The notes: generated from the sequence alone by a model not told the origin. A DNA stretch of 64,000 bases from Candidatus Azambacteria bacterium (GCA_016234725.1 JACRAK010000012.1:10619-74618); one strand, 5' to 3'; counted from the first letter of the stretch, positions 1-9,459 are shown. Translations and numbers: made by a program.

Positions 1-167
1 AAGAACAGCTGTGGCGCGTGAACCTTGAGTCCGGCAAGAAAGAAATGCTCTATGAATTTGCGGGTATAAGCTTTGACGCGGCCAGCCTCTTACTCTCGCC
101 GCAGGAAGACGTTCTTGTTTTTCTCAATAGAAAAGACGGGTTTCTCTACAGCGTGAAGCTTAAGTAG
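1..167 (+). CDS. 3' end of a gene entering from the left edge (C-terminal ...SPQEDVLVFLNRKDGFLYSVKLK*), beta-propeller-like hypothetical
   Basis: Open frame 3 from window edge to TAG at 165-167; too short for the ORF track; its last 60 bp are duplicated at 950-1010. Confidence 0.3.
   Translation, partial: EQLWRVNLESGKKEMLYEFAGISFDAASLLLSPQEDVLVFLNRKDGFLYSVKLK
107..167. repeat. Direct repeat copy 1 (3' end of left-edge gene)
   Basis: about 90% identical to 950-1010; both copies keep the frame DVLVF(L/F)xRKDGFLYSVxLK*. Confidence 0.6.
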
Positions 168-171
168 CCTT

Positions 172-200
172 AATCTTACGAGACTAAGTCTCATAAGATT
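172..200. repeat. REP-like hairpin (aatcttacgagact-a-agtctcataagatt) overlapping transposase stop
   Basis: 14-bp stem with 1 mismatch; core GAGACT-N-AGTCTC shared with 924-946 and 721-737. Confidence 0.6.
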
Positions 201-915
201 GTGCTTTTGAGCTATATTCCAATGATAGCTCTCTGATAGCTTCGCTGTCTATTTCTTGTAACCAATTAAACATACTCTTTTTGTGTTCTTCTGGTCCGCC
301 AAAGCAACTATGTAAGAAGCTTCGTGAAGTTACTGAGGGGAAGTTGTGTTTGCCGATATAGTCGGGATAACTGGACCACCGATAATTTTCCAAAAACTGC
401 ATTGCGTCCGCACGATCACCCACCTCTCCCTCTCTCCAGTTTGGAAACTTTAACGCAAAGGGATTTAAATGGAGGTAGTAGGGGAGGTGTATGAAATGAG
501 CCTCGCGCTCAACAAGAACGGCTTTGTATGTGCCTTGGAATAGGGCTCCGGTTCTTTGATACTTTTGGTTGAAGTATGTAGCATACCCCAATCCTACTTT
601 ATGCATAAATTTTGCAATACCTCCTTCCCGCCGCTGTCTCAAGAGCAGGTGAAAATGGTTTGGCATTAAAACAAAAGCCAAGATTTCAACGACCATATCT
701 CTTTTCCTTCGTTCTGATTTATGAGACTTAGTCTCATGAGATTGAAGAAAAGGTTTTTTGTAGTACAAATTAGTTGCGGGCAGACTATCATTAAACTCAA
801 ACAGATCGTGAATGAAGCGAAAATGATCGCTGTCATCCATATAAATATCACGCTTTTCTACGCCGCGATTATAGATATGGTAAATTTCTTCTTCTTCGAA
901 TTTTATTTTTCTCAT
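184..915 (-). CDS. IS200/IS605-family HuH (Y1) transposase, REP-associated tyrosine transposase-like
   Basis: 243 aa; HuH motif LMPNHFHLL; C-terminal GALFQGTYKAVLVE...YLHLNP typical of the PF01797 family; flanked by palindromic hairpins. Confidence 0.7.
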   Translation of the reverse strand: MRKIKFEEEEIYHIYNRGVEKRDIYMDDSDHFRFIHDLFEFNDSLPATNLYYKKPFLQSHETKSHKSERRKRDMVVEILAFVLMPNHFHLLLRQRREGGIAKFMHKVGLGYATYFNQKYQRTGALFQGTYKAVLVEREAHFIHLPYYLHLNPFALKFPNWREGEVGDRADAMQFLENYRWSSYPDYIGKHNFPSVTSRSFLHSCFGGPEEHKKSMFNWLQEIDSEAIRELSLEYSSKAQSYET

Positions 916-923
916 ATTATCAT

Positions 924-946
924 CTTACGAGACTAAGTCTCGTAAA
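924..946. repeat. REP-like hairpin (cttacgagact-a-agtctcgtaa) 9 bp upstream of transposase start
   Basis: 10-11 bp stem, same core as 172-200. Confidence 0.6.
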
Positions 947-949
947 GTC

Positions 950-1010
950 AAGACGTTCTTGTTTTTTTCAGTAGAAAAGACGGCTTTCTCTACAGCGTAA
1001 CGCTTAAATA
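950..1010. repeat. Direct repeat copy 2 (duplicated 3' gene fragment) on far side of transposase
   Basis: see 107-167. Confidence 0.6.
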
Positions 1011-2443
1011 AGCTCCCGGGAGGGGCGCATGATCTGCCGCAACACGCGCAGGTCTTCTTGCGTGACGCCTTTGAGCGCATACAGCGCTCCCGCATACACA
1101 AGCACTCCAAGCGCCGTAAGGAACAAAAAGCTCTGGGAAGGAGAAACAACAAGCGCGGCGGCCATCACCGCCGCCGCTCCACCCGCCTTCGCCAGCGCCC
1201 CGATACGCGGAAGATAGGCCGTTGCCCGATAAATGATAAAAAGCATGAGAGAGGACACCACAAGCTCTGTGGCGGCGGTTGTGGCGGCAGCGCCGACGTA
1301 CGAATACCGGGAAATAAGGTACAGGTTCGCAATGATGTTAAGCAGCGCGGCTCCTCCGTACACCCACATCACCCTTTTCTGTTCATGGATCGCGATGATC
1401 GTGCTTCCAAACAGCGCGCCGAAAAAAATAAATACGATCGCGACAAGTAATATCCGAAGCGGCAGTGCCGCTTCCTCAAACCCGCTCCCCGCAAGGATGC
1501 GGACGATGTCGGGAGCGAGATAGATCCCGCCCGCCGTAAGCGGCACCACGAGTATCGCCAGAAAATCGAATGTTTTTTGAAACACCGCGCGAAACATCGT
1601 TTTGTCCGCGGTGAAATATTTTGAAAGAAGCGGCATGACCAGCCCGACGAACATGATCGGAAAGAAAATGATGTTCTCAAGTATCTTATACGCGACGCCA
1701 TATACCCCCACCTCATGCGGCGCCTGTAAAAGCGACAGCAGCAGCGTATCGCCTTTGAAATACACGAGCACGAGCACCGCAGACACCGCCATCGGCCAGC
1801 TTTCTTTCAGCGTTCGCGCAAGCGCTTCTTTTCGGAACATGAGCGCAAAAGGGATCTGCCGCCGCACATACGACCACACGACAAAAAACTGCACGGCTCC
1901 CCCGAGGGTGAACACGAAAAGAAAGTGGAGGAAGCTTCCGCCGGCATAAAAAAGATACGCCGCCGCCGCAAGCTGCGTGACCCGCGCGGCAATATCGGCA
2001 AGCGCGGGGATGGCTGTTTTGAGGTGCTTTTGAAACACCCCCATGAGCACCGCAGAAAGCGACTGGAACGCAAACCCAAGCGCCGCGACCACTACCCCCC
2101 ATTTCACCGCAGCGCTATACGGCATGAACGAAACCACCGCGAAAGAAAGCGCCATGGACGCGCCCAAAAGAAAAAGGCGCGTTGAGAAAATAACGGATAC
2201 GACCTTTGCCTCATCTGCGTCCGGCTTGGCGATCTCCCGCGCAAGAAAGGGGTACAGGCCGAAGTCCGCACACACCGAAAAAATATAGAGGAACGCGAGA
2301 ACCGTGCTGTACGCGCCAAATCCGTCCGTCCCGATGGTTCGCGTGATCAGCGCGACGGAAACGACCCCGAGCGCTCCCGCCGCAAACCTCCCGCCAAACG
2401 AGATAAGAAAGTTCTGCGCTATCTTTTTTTTGAGCTCGCTCAT
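1004..2443 (-). CDS. Polysaccharide/oligosaccharide flippase (Wzx-like, MOP superfamily) membrane protein
   Basis: 479 aa, many TM helices, Gly/Ala-rich hydrophobic pattern typical of Wzx/MurJ-type flippases. Confidence 0.5.
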   Translation of the reverse strand: MSELKKKIAQNFLISFGGRFAAGALGVVSVALITRTIGTDGFGAYSTVLAFLYIFSVCADFGLYPFLAREIAKPDADEAKVVSVIFSTRLFLLGASMALSFAVVSFMPYSAAVKWGVVVAALGFAFQSLSAVLMGVFQKHLKTAIPALADIAARVTQLAAAAYLFYAGGSFLHFLFVFTLGGAVQFFVVWSYVRRQIPFALMFRKEALARTLKESWPMAVSAVLVLVYFKGDTLLLSLLQAPHEVGVYGVAYKILENIIFFPIMFVGLVMPLLSKYFTADKTMFRAVFQKTFDFLAILVVPLTAGGIYLAPDIVRILAGSGFEEAALPLRILLVAIVFIFFGALFGSTIIAIHEQKRVMWVYGGAALLNIIANLYLISRYSYVGAAATTAATELVVSSLMLFIIYRATAYLPRIGALAKAGGAAAVMAAALVVSPSQSFLFLTALGVLVYAGALYALKGVTQEDLRVLRQIMRPSRELI

Positions 2444-2448
2444 TAGGC

Positions 2449-3177
2449 CTACTGCGCTTCCTCTTTGGAGGTGCTTTTAAGCACATGCAGCTGCTGCATG
2501 ATCGAGAACCCGGTCGTTACCGCAAGATACAGCGCGATGCCCGCGGGGAGAATGTATGCCGTGAACGCGATCACCGCCGGCATCACGTACACCATTTGTT
2601 TTGACATGTGCGCGGAGAAATCGTTCTGCGGGGCGCCTTTTTGCCTCTTTTGCTGGTCTTTCAGCATCATGCGTGATTGATAGAACTGGAGCGCCCCCGC
2701 CATGACCGCAAGCACGACGTTGTGCGTTGCCGCAAGATCGACCATTCCTACAAAGAAATGCTGCATGGCCCCGGGATTCGGGATAAAGCCATAGAGCGCA
2801 TTCAGGCTTTCTTCTTTAAACCCCGCAAAAAATACTCGGTACAGGGCAAACAGGACGGGGAGCTGTATGAGGATCGGTAAAAACCCCGAGAACGGATTTA
2901 CTTTTTTTTCTTTGTACAGCGCCATGACGCGCTTCATTTGCTCGTCTTTATTATTTTTGTATTGCTCTTGGATCTTCTTTATTTCCGGTTGCAGCGCCAT
3001 GAGCTCTTTTTGCGAGCGCAGCGCGCGGCTTGCAAGCGGCCACAACGCGAGCCGCAACAGAACCGTGAGAATGATGATGGCGATGCCGAGATCGTAGAAC
3101 GCCGCGGTTTGATACAACCCTACCAGCGCATTGAACAGCGGGCGGTAAAAAACTTCATTGAACAGAGAACCGAGCAT
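2449..3177 (-). CDS. yidC: Membrane protein insertase YidC/Oxa1 (short form)
   Basis: 242 aa; conserved YidC core (…NPFSGFLPILIQLPVLFALYRVF…); position downstream of rnpA. Confidence 0.8.
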   Translation of the reverse strand: MLGSLFNEVFYRPLFNALVGLYQTAAFYDLGIAIIILTVLLRLALWPLASRALRSQKELMALQPEIKKIQEQYKNNKDEQMKRVMALYKEKKVNPFSGFLPILIQLPVLFALYRVFFAGFKEESLNALYGFIPNPGAMQHFFVGMVDLAATHNVVLAVMAGALQFYQSRMMLKDQQKRQKGAPQNDFSAHMSKQMVYVMPAVIAFTAYILPAGIALYLAVTTGFSIMQQLHVLKSTSKEEAQ

Positions 3178-3183
3178 AGTGTA

Positions 3184-3531
3184 TTACTGGGGAAGCGTGG
3201 GGAGTATTTTTTTAAGCGAAGCGAACACCGCTTCTTTTATGTCATTGAATTGCGCGTCGATGATCCCTTTTTTTGCCACAAACACCATGTCGCGCCCCTG
3301 CGCGGCGACGTGCGGATTTTTTTGCACGATCGCGCGCAGCCTTCTTTTTGCCTTATTCCGTTCCGTTGCCTTTTTCGATACCTTCTTGCTTACCACAAAC
3401 CCGTAGCGGTCCTTCGCGGAGTTGTTGCGGATATATTTTAACAAAAAAAACGGGGTGGCCACAAACCTCCCCCTTCCCAACACGGCATTAAAATCTTTTT
3501 CTGTAACGATCCTCCGAGTCCTTGTGAGCAC
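3184..3531 (-). CDS. rnpA: RNase P protein component
   Basis: RnpA motif FVVSKKVSKKATERNKAKRRLR; likely GTG start at 3531 (the ORF-track start 3630 overlaps rpmH in another frame). Confidence 0.75.
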   Translation of the reverse strand: MLTRTRRIVTEKDFNAVLGRGRFVATPFFLLKYIRNNSAKDRYGFVVSKKVSKKATERNKAKRRLRAIVQKNPHVAAQGRDMVFVAKKGIIDAQFNDIKEAVFASLKKILPTLPQ

Positions 3532-3541
3532 TGTGGCAATA

Positions 3542-3676
3542 TTAGACCGAGAGCCTTGTTCGCCCCCTTCTCCTTCTTTTTGTGATCGTTCGTGCGCCGG
3601 TCTTGGTGCCCATGCGCGCAAGAAACCCATGTTTTTTCGCCCGCTTCTTGTTTTTCGGCGTATATGTTTTTCCCAT
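3542..3676 (-). CDS. rpmH: 50S ribosomal protein L34
   Basis: Manual translation MGKTYTPKNKKRAKKHGFLARMGTKTGARTITKRRRRGRTRLSV*; missed by the >=60 aa ORF track. Confidence 0.85.
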   Translation of the reverse strand: MGKTYTPKNKKRAKKHGFLARMGTKTGARTITKRRRRGRTRLSV

Positions 3677-4011
3677 ACCCTTACGTCCTTTGTTTATTTT
3701 TTATATACTGTACGAAGCGAATTATACGAGGATTCGCGTATAAAAGTCAACCCCGTTACAAGCTTATATGAGGCATTCTTTATGTATTGACGCAAGCCGT
3801 AAGGCGGCTTCGCCTTGGCGCTCACATTAAGAAGAAAATCGTCGACGAGCTTGTAACGGGGTCAACAACACAGGAGCGGGGAAATAAGGGAAGTGCACAC
3901 GATATCCACATCATATCAACAGAAATTGTTCTTTTTCTCCTTGTTTTGCCCATTTCTGGAAATCTTTCCCAGGTGGTATACTTTGGGAAGATTTCTTTCG
4001 CCGCGGGATTT
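3677..4011. promoter_or_regulatory. rpmH<->dnaA divergent intergenic region with DnaA box and inverted repeats (oriC part / dnaA promoter)
   Basis: tATCCACAt at 3903-3911; 14-bp inverted repeat accccgttacaagc (3750-3763)/(3849-3862); extended -10 TGgTATACT about 3978-3986. Confidence 0.45.
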
Positions 4012-5379
4012 ATGGAACACACCGAGCTCTGGCAACACGTGCTTTCCGAGGTTGAGCTGAGCGTATCGAAGGCAAGCTTCAATACCTGGTTTCAGCACAC
4101 CGGGATCCAGTCCAAACAGGATGGCGTTGTTTTTATTTCCGTTCCTAACTCTTTCGCGAAAGAGTGGCTGGAGAATAAATTCAACAAGTTCATCCTGAAG
4201 TCGCTTCGCACCATTTCTTCCGAAGTAAAAGACGTTAAATTCGTGATTGCCGCGTCGCCATCGCCGCTCACCCCGCAAAAAACGAAAAAGAAAAAAGAAG
4301 AGGAGGAAAAAGAGATCGCTCTCGACAATCAGTTTGAGTTTGCCGGCGTAGACGCCGAAACCAACTTAAACAGCAAGTACACATTCGATGAATTCGTCGT
4401 CGGCTCGTCAAACGAGCTCGCGCACGCGGCCGCCATCTCCGTTACCAAAAACCTCGGCACGATATACAACCCTTTGTTCGTGTACGGAGGAGTGGGGGCG
4501 GGGAAAACGCACCTCATTCAGGCGATCGGCAACGAAGTGCTGAAAATGCATAAGGGGAAGAAGGTAAAATATGTCTCTTCCGAGAAGTTCACGAACGAAC
4601 TCGTGAACGCGATCCAAAACAGGAGTATGGAGCGATTCAAAGAGGACTATAGGCAAAACGATGTCCTTATCATCGACGACGTCCAATTCCTTGCCGGCAA
4701 AGACAAAACGCAGGAAGAATTTTTTCACACATTCAATGCGCTGTACGAGAAGAACAAACAAATCATCATAAGCTCTGACCGCCCGCCGAAAGCGATCCCT
4801 ACGCTCGAAGACCGCCTGCAATCGCGCTTTGAAGGAGGGATGATCGCAGACATCGGCTATCCGGACTACGAAACGCGCCTCGCTATATTAAAAAACAAGA
4901 TTATTAAAAAACAGGTTGTGCTTTCCGACGACATTGTTGAATTTATCGCAAATAATTTTCAAAAGAACCTCCGCGAACTTGAAGGAGCGCTCAATAAGGT
5001 GCTTGTCCACATGAAAATAGCAAAAAACCCGCTTTCAGTGGAAGAAGTGAAAAAGATATTGTATCCGTCTATCCATACGCCAAAAAAGAACATCAATGTA
5101 AAACAAATAATCCAGGCGGTCGCGAATTTTTACGGCGTACAAGAAAAACAGCTTATTATCAAAACAAGAAAGCAGGAGATCGTGAAGCCGCGTCAGATCA
5201 TTATGTATTTGCTGCGAGAGGAATTTAAGTTTTCCTACCCTTCTATCGGCAGCAAGATAGGGGGCCGCGACCACACCACTGTTATGCACGCGTGCGAGAA
5301 AATAGAAGGACAATTAAAAGAAGACGAGTCGCTTATAGAAGAGCTTAATCTTATTAAAAAAATTGTGTATAACGCATAG
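4012..5379 (+). CDS. dnaA: Chromosomal replication initiator DnaA
   Basis: Start chosen at MEHTELWQHVLSE (canonical DnaA N-term); Walker A GGVGAGKTHL; C-terminal DNA-binding domain. Confidence 0.9.
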   Translation: MEHTELWQHVLSEVELSVSKASFNTWFQHTGIQSKQDGVVFISVPNSFAKEWLENKFNKFILKSLRTISSEVKDVKFVIAASPSPLTPQKTKKKKEEEEKEIALDNQFEFAGVDAETNLNSKYTFDEFVVGSSNELAHAAAISVTKNLGTIYNPLFVYGGVGAGKTHLIQAIGNEVLKMHKGKKVKYVSSEKFTNELVNAIQNRSMERFKEDYRQNDVLIIDDVQFLAGKDKTQEEFFHTFNALYEKNKQIIISSDRPPKAIPTLEDRLQSRFEGGMIADIGYPDYETRLAILKNKIIKKQVVLSDDIVEFIANNFQKNLRELEGALNKVLVHMKIAKNPLSVEEVKKILYPSIHTPKKNINVKQIIQAVANFYGVQEKQLIIKTRKQEIVKPRQIIMYLLREEFKFSYPSIGSKIGGRDHTTVMHACEKIEGQLKEDESLIEELNLIKKIVYNA

Positions 5380-5584
5380 GATAACAAAAGGATAACGCGT
5401 GCATAAAACCGGTGTTTTAAAAAAGATGTTTTTATCCCCCTTTTTTCCACCGCACTATCTCCTTGTTTTCCCCACTATTGCCAACATGAAAAACATACAC
5501 ACCGCCTGTCTCTATCCTTATTATCCCCACTTTTTCACCCTTTAATTATAACTATAAATTTTTCTTTTTATTTATATATTTATT
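5380..5584. promoter_or_regulatory. Candidate oriC (DnaA-box cluster plus AT-rich unwinding element) between dnaA and dnaN
   Basis: Several TTATCCMCA-like boxes (ggataac x2, ttatccccc, tttccaccg, ttatcccca) followed by an almost pure AT 30-mer at about 5555-5584. Confidence 0.5.
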
Positions 5585-6688
5585 ATGCGGATAATCTGTT
5601 TGCAAGAAAATTTAAAAAATAATCTTCTTACTCTTGAAAGGATCTCTTCTAAAAACCAAGAACTTCCTATTTTAGGAAATGTGCTGTTAAAAACAGAAGA
5701 AGGATTTTTAAAAGCGTTTGCCACTGATCTCGAAATCGGGGTGGAGATCGCTATTCCGTGCAAGATAGAAAAAAAGGGGGAAGCGGTGGTGCCGATCAAA
5801 CTTATAGCGGGATTTATTGCGAATCTTCCCAACACAAAACTCACCTTGGAAGAAAAAAACAATGCAATAGTCATAGAAACGGAAGGGGTCACCACGACCA
5901 TTCCCGCCGCGAATAAAAATGAATTTCCCATCGTCCCGAAAATAAAAGAAGAGAATATGATAACGATGAGCGGCGAGGCGCTGCGAGGCGGGATCGCTCA
6001 GGTGATAAATTCCGCAGCGATCTCGTATACGATCCCGGAGATCGCGGGAGTGTTGTTCGTATGCGGCGCGGACGTAGTGAAGATCGTGGCGACAGATAGT
6101 TTTCGGCTCTCGGAAAAAACACTATTTAAAACCAAAGAGTATGCGATAAAAAAAGAACAGTCATTCATCCTTCCGGCAAAAACCGCAGCCGAACTTTCAA
6201 AAATAATAACCCCCGAAGATGAGATCGTGGAAATATACCTCGCGCAAAACCAAGTACTGTTCAAATTAAAACACGCTACGATCGTGTCGCGGTTAGTGGC
6301 CGGAGAATATCCGAAGTATGAGCGGATCATTCCCAAAACAAGCACGACAAAGATAGCGCTCAATAAAACCGAATTTATTTCAAAACTAAAACTCGCAAGC
6401 CTGTTTTCGTCAAAAATTAACGATGTGAAACTGGACATCCGCGCCAATAAAAACGAAATGGAGCTCACGGCGGCAGACCAGGCAAAAGGGAATTTTTCTG
6501 CAACGATACGCGCAGACATGACCGGAGAAAGCGCCGAAGCACTGTTTAATTATAAATACCTCCTAGACGGACTTTCCAATATCAGCGAAGAGGAGATCGT
6601 GTTCGAGGTGAACGGAGCGGCTTCGCCCGCGATCCTGAAAACAAAGAACGACACATACCAATACGTGGCGATGCCGATAAAAATGTAA
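5585..6688 (+). CDS. dnaN: DNA polymerase III beta sliding clamp
   Basis: 367 aa, three-domain clamp pattern, position after dnaA. Confidence 0.9.
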   Translation: MRIICLQENLKNNLLTLERISSKNQELPILGNVLLKTEEGFLKAFATDLEIGVEIAIPCKIEKKGEAVVPIKLIAGFIANLPNTKLTLEEKNNAIVIETEGVTTTIPAANKNEFPIVPKIKEENMITMSGEALRGGIAQVINSAAISYTIPEIAGVLFVCGADVVKIVATDSFRLSEKTLFKTKEYAIKKEQSFILPAKTAAELSKIITPEDEIVEIYLAQNQVLFKLKHATIVSRLVAGEYPKYERIIPKTSTTKIALNKTEFISKLKLASLFSSKINDVKLDIRANKNEMELTAADQAKGNFSATIRADMTGESAEALFNYKYLLDGLSNISEEEIVFEVNGAASPAILKTKNDTYQYVAMPIKM

Positions 6689-6690
6689 CA

Positions 6691-6966
6691 ATGTTTGTCT
6701 CGTTAAAAAACATCATCCCGAAGGCGATCGAGAAACACGGGATCCACAAACACATCCGCGCGCTCACGGAAAAAGAAAACATAGAAAAAACGATCAGCGA
6801 CGTGGTAAAAAGAAACGTGATCCTCGTGAAGCACCACGGGAAGAAGATCAGTGTACGAGGGGGGAATTTCTCGGCAGCAAACGAGATACGGCTGCGGGAG
6901 GAAGAAATAAAAAAACGACTCGCAAAAAAAGGCATTCATATCGACGCCATCCGCTGCGCCCTCTAA
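6691..6966 (+). CDS. Small DUF721/DciA-like protein (possible helicase-operator) following dnaN
   Basis: 91 aa, basic; location and size typical of DciA/DUF721 genes in the dnaA-dnaN neighbourhood; weak sequence support. Confidence 0.35.
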   Translation: MFVSLKNIIPKAIEKHGIHKHIRALTEKENIEKTISDVVKRNVILVKHHGKKISVRGGNFSAANEIRLREEEIKKRLAKKGIHIDAIRCAL

Positions 6967-6975
6967 AGGGCGTTT

Positions 6976-9459
6976 TTATCGTATGAGCGGTAGCTCATAC
7001 GTACCGACGTTGTCGTAGATGTCGTACGCGTGTACGGTGAGCGTGTGGGGCCTCGGGGAGAGTGGTGTGGCGCTTACGATCGTTTCATACGGATATTGAA
7101 AGGCGGAAGAGGCGAACCCATCGTCAAGGGAGAATGAAACCTCTTTGATCGGAAAGGGGGCGGCGATCGATGCGCGCGCGTAGAACGCGTCGGAAACGGC
7201 AGTGTAGGGAAGCGGATCAAGGACGATTATACGGGGCGTGTTTTGTTCCGTGTGGATGTCGTCAAATTGCGTAGGAGGCATTTCTGAGGGAACTGCAAAG
7301 GTTTTGTTTTCCGCGATCCAGTCGCGTATCGCAACTTCCCAGTTGTAATACTGCGGGTCATCCTGCGGGGTGAGCGGCGCGTCCCCAAGCGGATCGTTTT
7401 TATTGATGTAGTGAAGGATGCTGTGAACCTCCTTGAACGCCTTTTCTTCTATCTTATTGGGGGGCGTGCGCGCGGTGACGAGCTTGCGGGAGTCCTTGTC
7501 TATCTGTACCACCGTTTCCCCGATGTAGCTGCCGTTGAGAAGCGGCTTGGCGCTGTATATAGGCTCAGGAGGGGGGAATGATGCCGCTCCTTTTAACTGG
7601 ATCGCTTTTTCCATGAACGCGCGGAAGATAGGTCCTGCGGCGGCAATACCCGCGCCGCCCCGCTCCATCGGGGTTCCGTCGTTGTTGCCGACCCATATCG
7701 CAGCGGAAACGGACGGCGTATACCCGACCACCCATGCGTCGCGGTATTTTTGCGTGGTGCCCGTTTTTGCGGCGACCTGCGCGCTTTCAAAAAACAACGG
7801 ACTCCGTTCGCCAAACACCGGCGCGCGCAACGCGTTGTCGGAAAGGATCGCGGTGATGGTGCGAGCGACATTTTTTGAAAGCACCTCTTTCGATTTCGGC
7901 GCCCATTTTTCTATTATTTTCCCGCGCGCATCCTCGATCTTTAAAATAAACGCTTTTTCTTGCCGCACGCCGTCGTTCGCGAATACGCCGTAGGCATACG
8001 CCATGTCGAGCGGAGAAACTTCGCCGCCGCCTAAAACGAGAGAGAGACCAAGGGCGCTCGGGTCGGTGAGCGTGGTGACGCCCATGTCGTGCGCGAGAGC
8101 AACGACGGATTCCATTCCCGCGAGATACAGCACCTGCACCGACGGCACGTTGAGCGACTGCGCAAGCGCGCTTTTTGCCGATACCGGGCCGCGAAAGCGC
8201 TCATCGTAATTAAGGGGGATGTAGGACTGCAAAGGGTCTGCGGAGAACTCGGTCTTCACATCGAACAGCACGGTGTCGGGAGTAAATCCTTTCTGAAAAA
8301 AGGCGGCGTAGGCAAGCGGCTTGAACGAAGACCCCGGCTGGCGGTTCTTTGACGTGGTGACGTTGTAATTTCCTTCGCGCTCGATATCAAAATAATCGCG
8401 GGAGCCCACCATCGTCAGAAGCTGGCCTGTGGCCGGGTCGATCGCGGCAAGCGCGGCGTTCTGCGCGTTATATTTTTTCTCGTTTTCTTCTCCGATGCGC
8501 GCCACGATCTCCTCTGCGGTTTTTTGCAGCTCGTAGTCGAGCGTGGTGTATACTTTCAGGCCGGCGTTTTCCACGTAGTTCGCGCCGTACTTTTCTTCGA
8601 GGTAGTTTTTTACATACGCCACAAAGTGAGGTGCCTGTATGTCCGCGCGCTGTTTTTGAAAGAGAAGCGGTTCATTTTTCGCCCGTGCGAGGTCTTGCTC
8701 GGCGATAAACCCGACCTTCTGCATGCGCTCAAGCACGTTGTTCTTTCGCGCTATGAGTTCTTCTTTGTGCTGGCCGTACGGAGAGTAGTAGCTTGGCGCC
8801 TTCGGGAGCGCTGCGAGCAGCGCCGCTTCGTTGAGCGAGAGGGCGGCGGCGGATTTGCCGAAAAACGTCTGCGCGGCCGCCTCGGCGCCATAGGCGTTCG
8901 AACCGTAGGGGATCTGGTTCAAATAGAAGGAGAAGATCTCTTCTTTGGTGTAGCTTTTTTCTATTTTATACGAAAGCACTGCCTCCTTTATTTTTCTCGT
9001 GAGCGTTTTTTCCGGCGTGAGAAATGCGTTTTTCACCAATTGCTGGGTGATGGTGGATCCGCCCTGCGCCCTTTTTCCGCGCAACACGTCCACAAAGACC
9101 GCGCGGAGCAGCGAGCGAAGGTCGATGCCGCCGTGCTCGTAGAAATTAAAGTCTTCCGCCACGATCGTCGCGTCTTTCAGGTCTTGGCTGAAGCGGTCAA
9201 ACGGCACAACGGTCCTTTTTTCTTCGCCGTGCACCTCATACAGCAACACTGTGCCCGTGCGGTCATAGATCTTCGTGGACTCCGCCACTTTGCGCTCGCT
9301 GATCGTGAACGGGTTGGGCAGATCGCGCAGTAAAAATACGCCCGCAAGCGCGCCGCCCGCTCCTGCGACGAGGAGTCCTCCAAAAAAAAGAACAAGCATC
9401 GTTTTCATGATGCTCTTTTTCCGGGAGGGGGCATGCGTATAGCGTTTTCGACGTGGCAT
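6976..9459 (-). CDS. Class A penicillin-binding protein (PBP1A-type transglycosylase/transpeptidase)
   Basis: GT51 motifs (EDxxFxxHxG, GGSTITQQ) then transpeptidase SxxK/KTG; start set at MPRRKRYTHAPSRKK before TM helix. Confidence 0.8.
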   Translation of the reverse strand: MPRRKRYTHAPSRKKSIMKTMLVLFFGGLLVAGAGGALAGVFLLRDLPNPFTISERKVAESTKIYDRTGTVLLYEVHGEEKRTVVPFDRFSQDLKDATIVAEDFNFYEHGGIDLRSLLRAVFVDVLRGKRAQGGSTITQQLVKNAFLTPEKTLTRKIKEAVLSYKIEKSYTKEEIFSFYLNQIPYGSNAYGAEAAAQTFFGKSAAALSLNEAALLAALPKAPSYYSPYGQHKEELIARKNNVLERMQKVGFIAEQDLARAKNEPLLFQKQRADIQAPHFVAYVKNYLEEKYGANYVENAGLKVYTTLDYELQKTAEEIVARIGEENEKKYNAQNAALAAIDPATGQLLTMVGSRDYFDIEREGNYNVTTSKNRQPGSSFKPLAYAAFFQKGFTPDTVLFDVKTEFSADPLQSYIPLNYDERFRGPVSAKSALAQSLNVPSVQVLYLAGMESVVALAHDMGVTTLTDPSALGLSLVLGGGEVSPLDMAYAYGVFANDGVRQEKAFILKIEDARGKIIEKWAPKSKEVLSKNVARTITAILSDNALRAPVFGERSPLFFESAQVAAKTGTTQKYRDAWVVGYTPSVSAAIWVGNNDGTPMERGGAGIAAAGPIFRAFMEKAIQLKGAASFPPPEPIYSAKPLLNGSYIGETVVQIDKDSRKLVTARTPPNKIEEKAFKEVHSILHYINKNDPLGDAPLTPQDDPQYYNWEVAIRDWIAENKTFAVPSEMPPTQFDDIHTEQNTPRIIVLDPLPYTAVSDAFYARASIAAPFPIKEVSFSLDDGFASSAFQYPYETIVSATPLSPRPHTLTVHAYDIYDNVGTYELPLIR

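Noticed and set aside
666-936. ORFs 666-851(-) and 721-936(+) overlapping the transposase gene
   Set aside because: Shadow frames within or antisense to a well-supported HuH transposase ORF; no RBS.
925-2486. Multiple 60-130 aa ORFs on both strands across 925-2486
   Set aside because: Overlapping the flippase gene in a GC-rich segment, where random ORFs are frequent; Arg/Pro-rich translations typical of off-frame GC-rich DNA.
3787-4011. N-terminal 75-aa extension of dnaA in the ORF track
   Set aside because: Canonical DnaA N-terminus begins at MEHTELWQHV (4012); the upstream part covers the origin/promoter region with a DnaA box.
7535-9395. ORFs antisense to or inside PBP1A (7535-7993, 8524-9333 and others)
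   Set aside because: Lie within a long, well-conserved gene; low-complexity Arg-rich translations.
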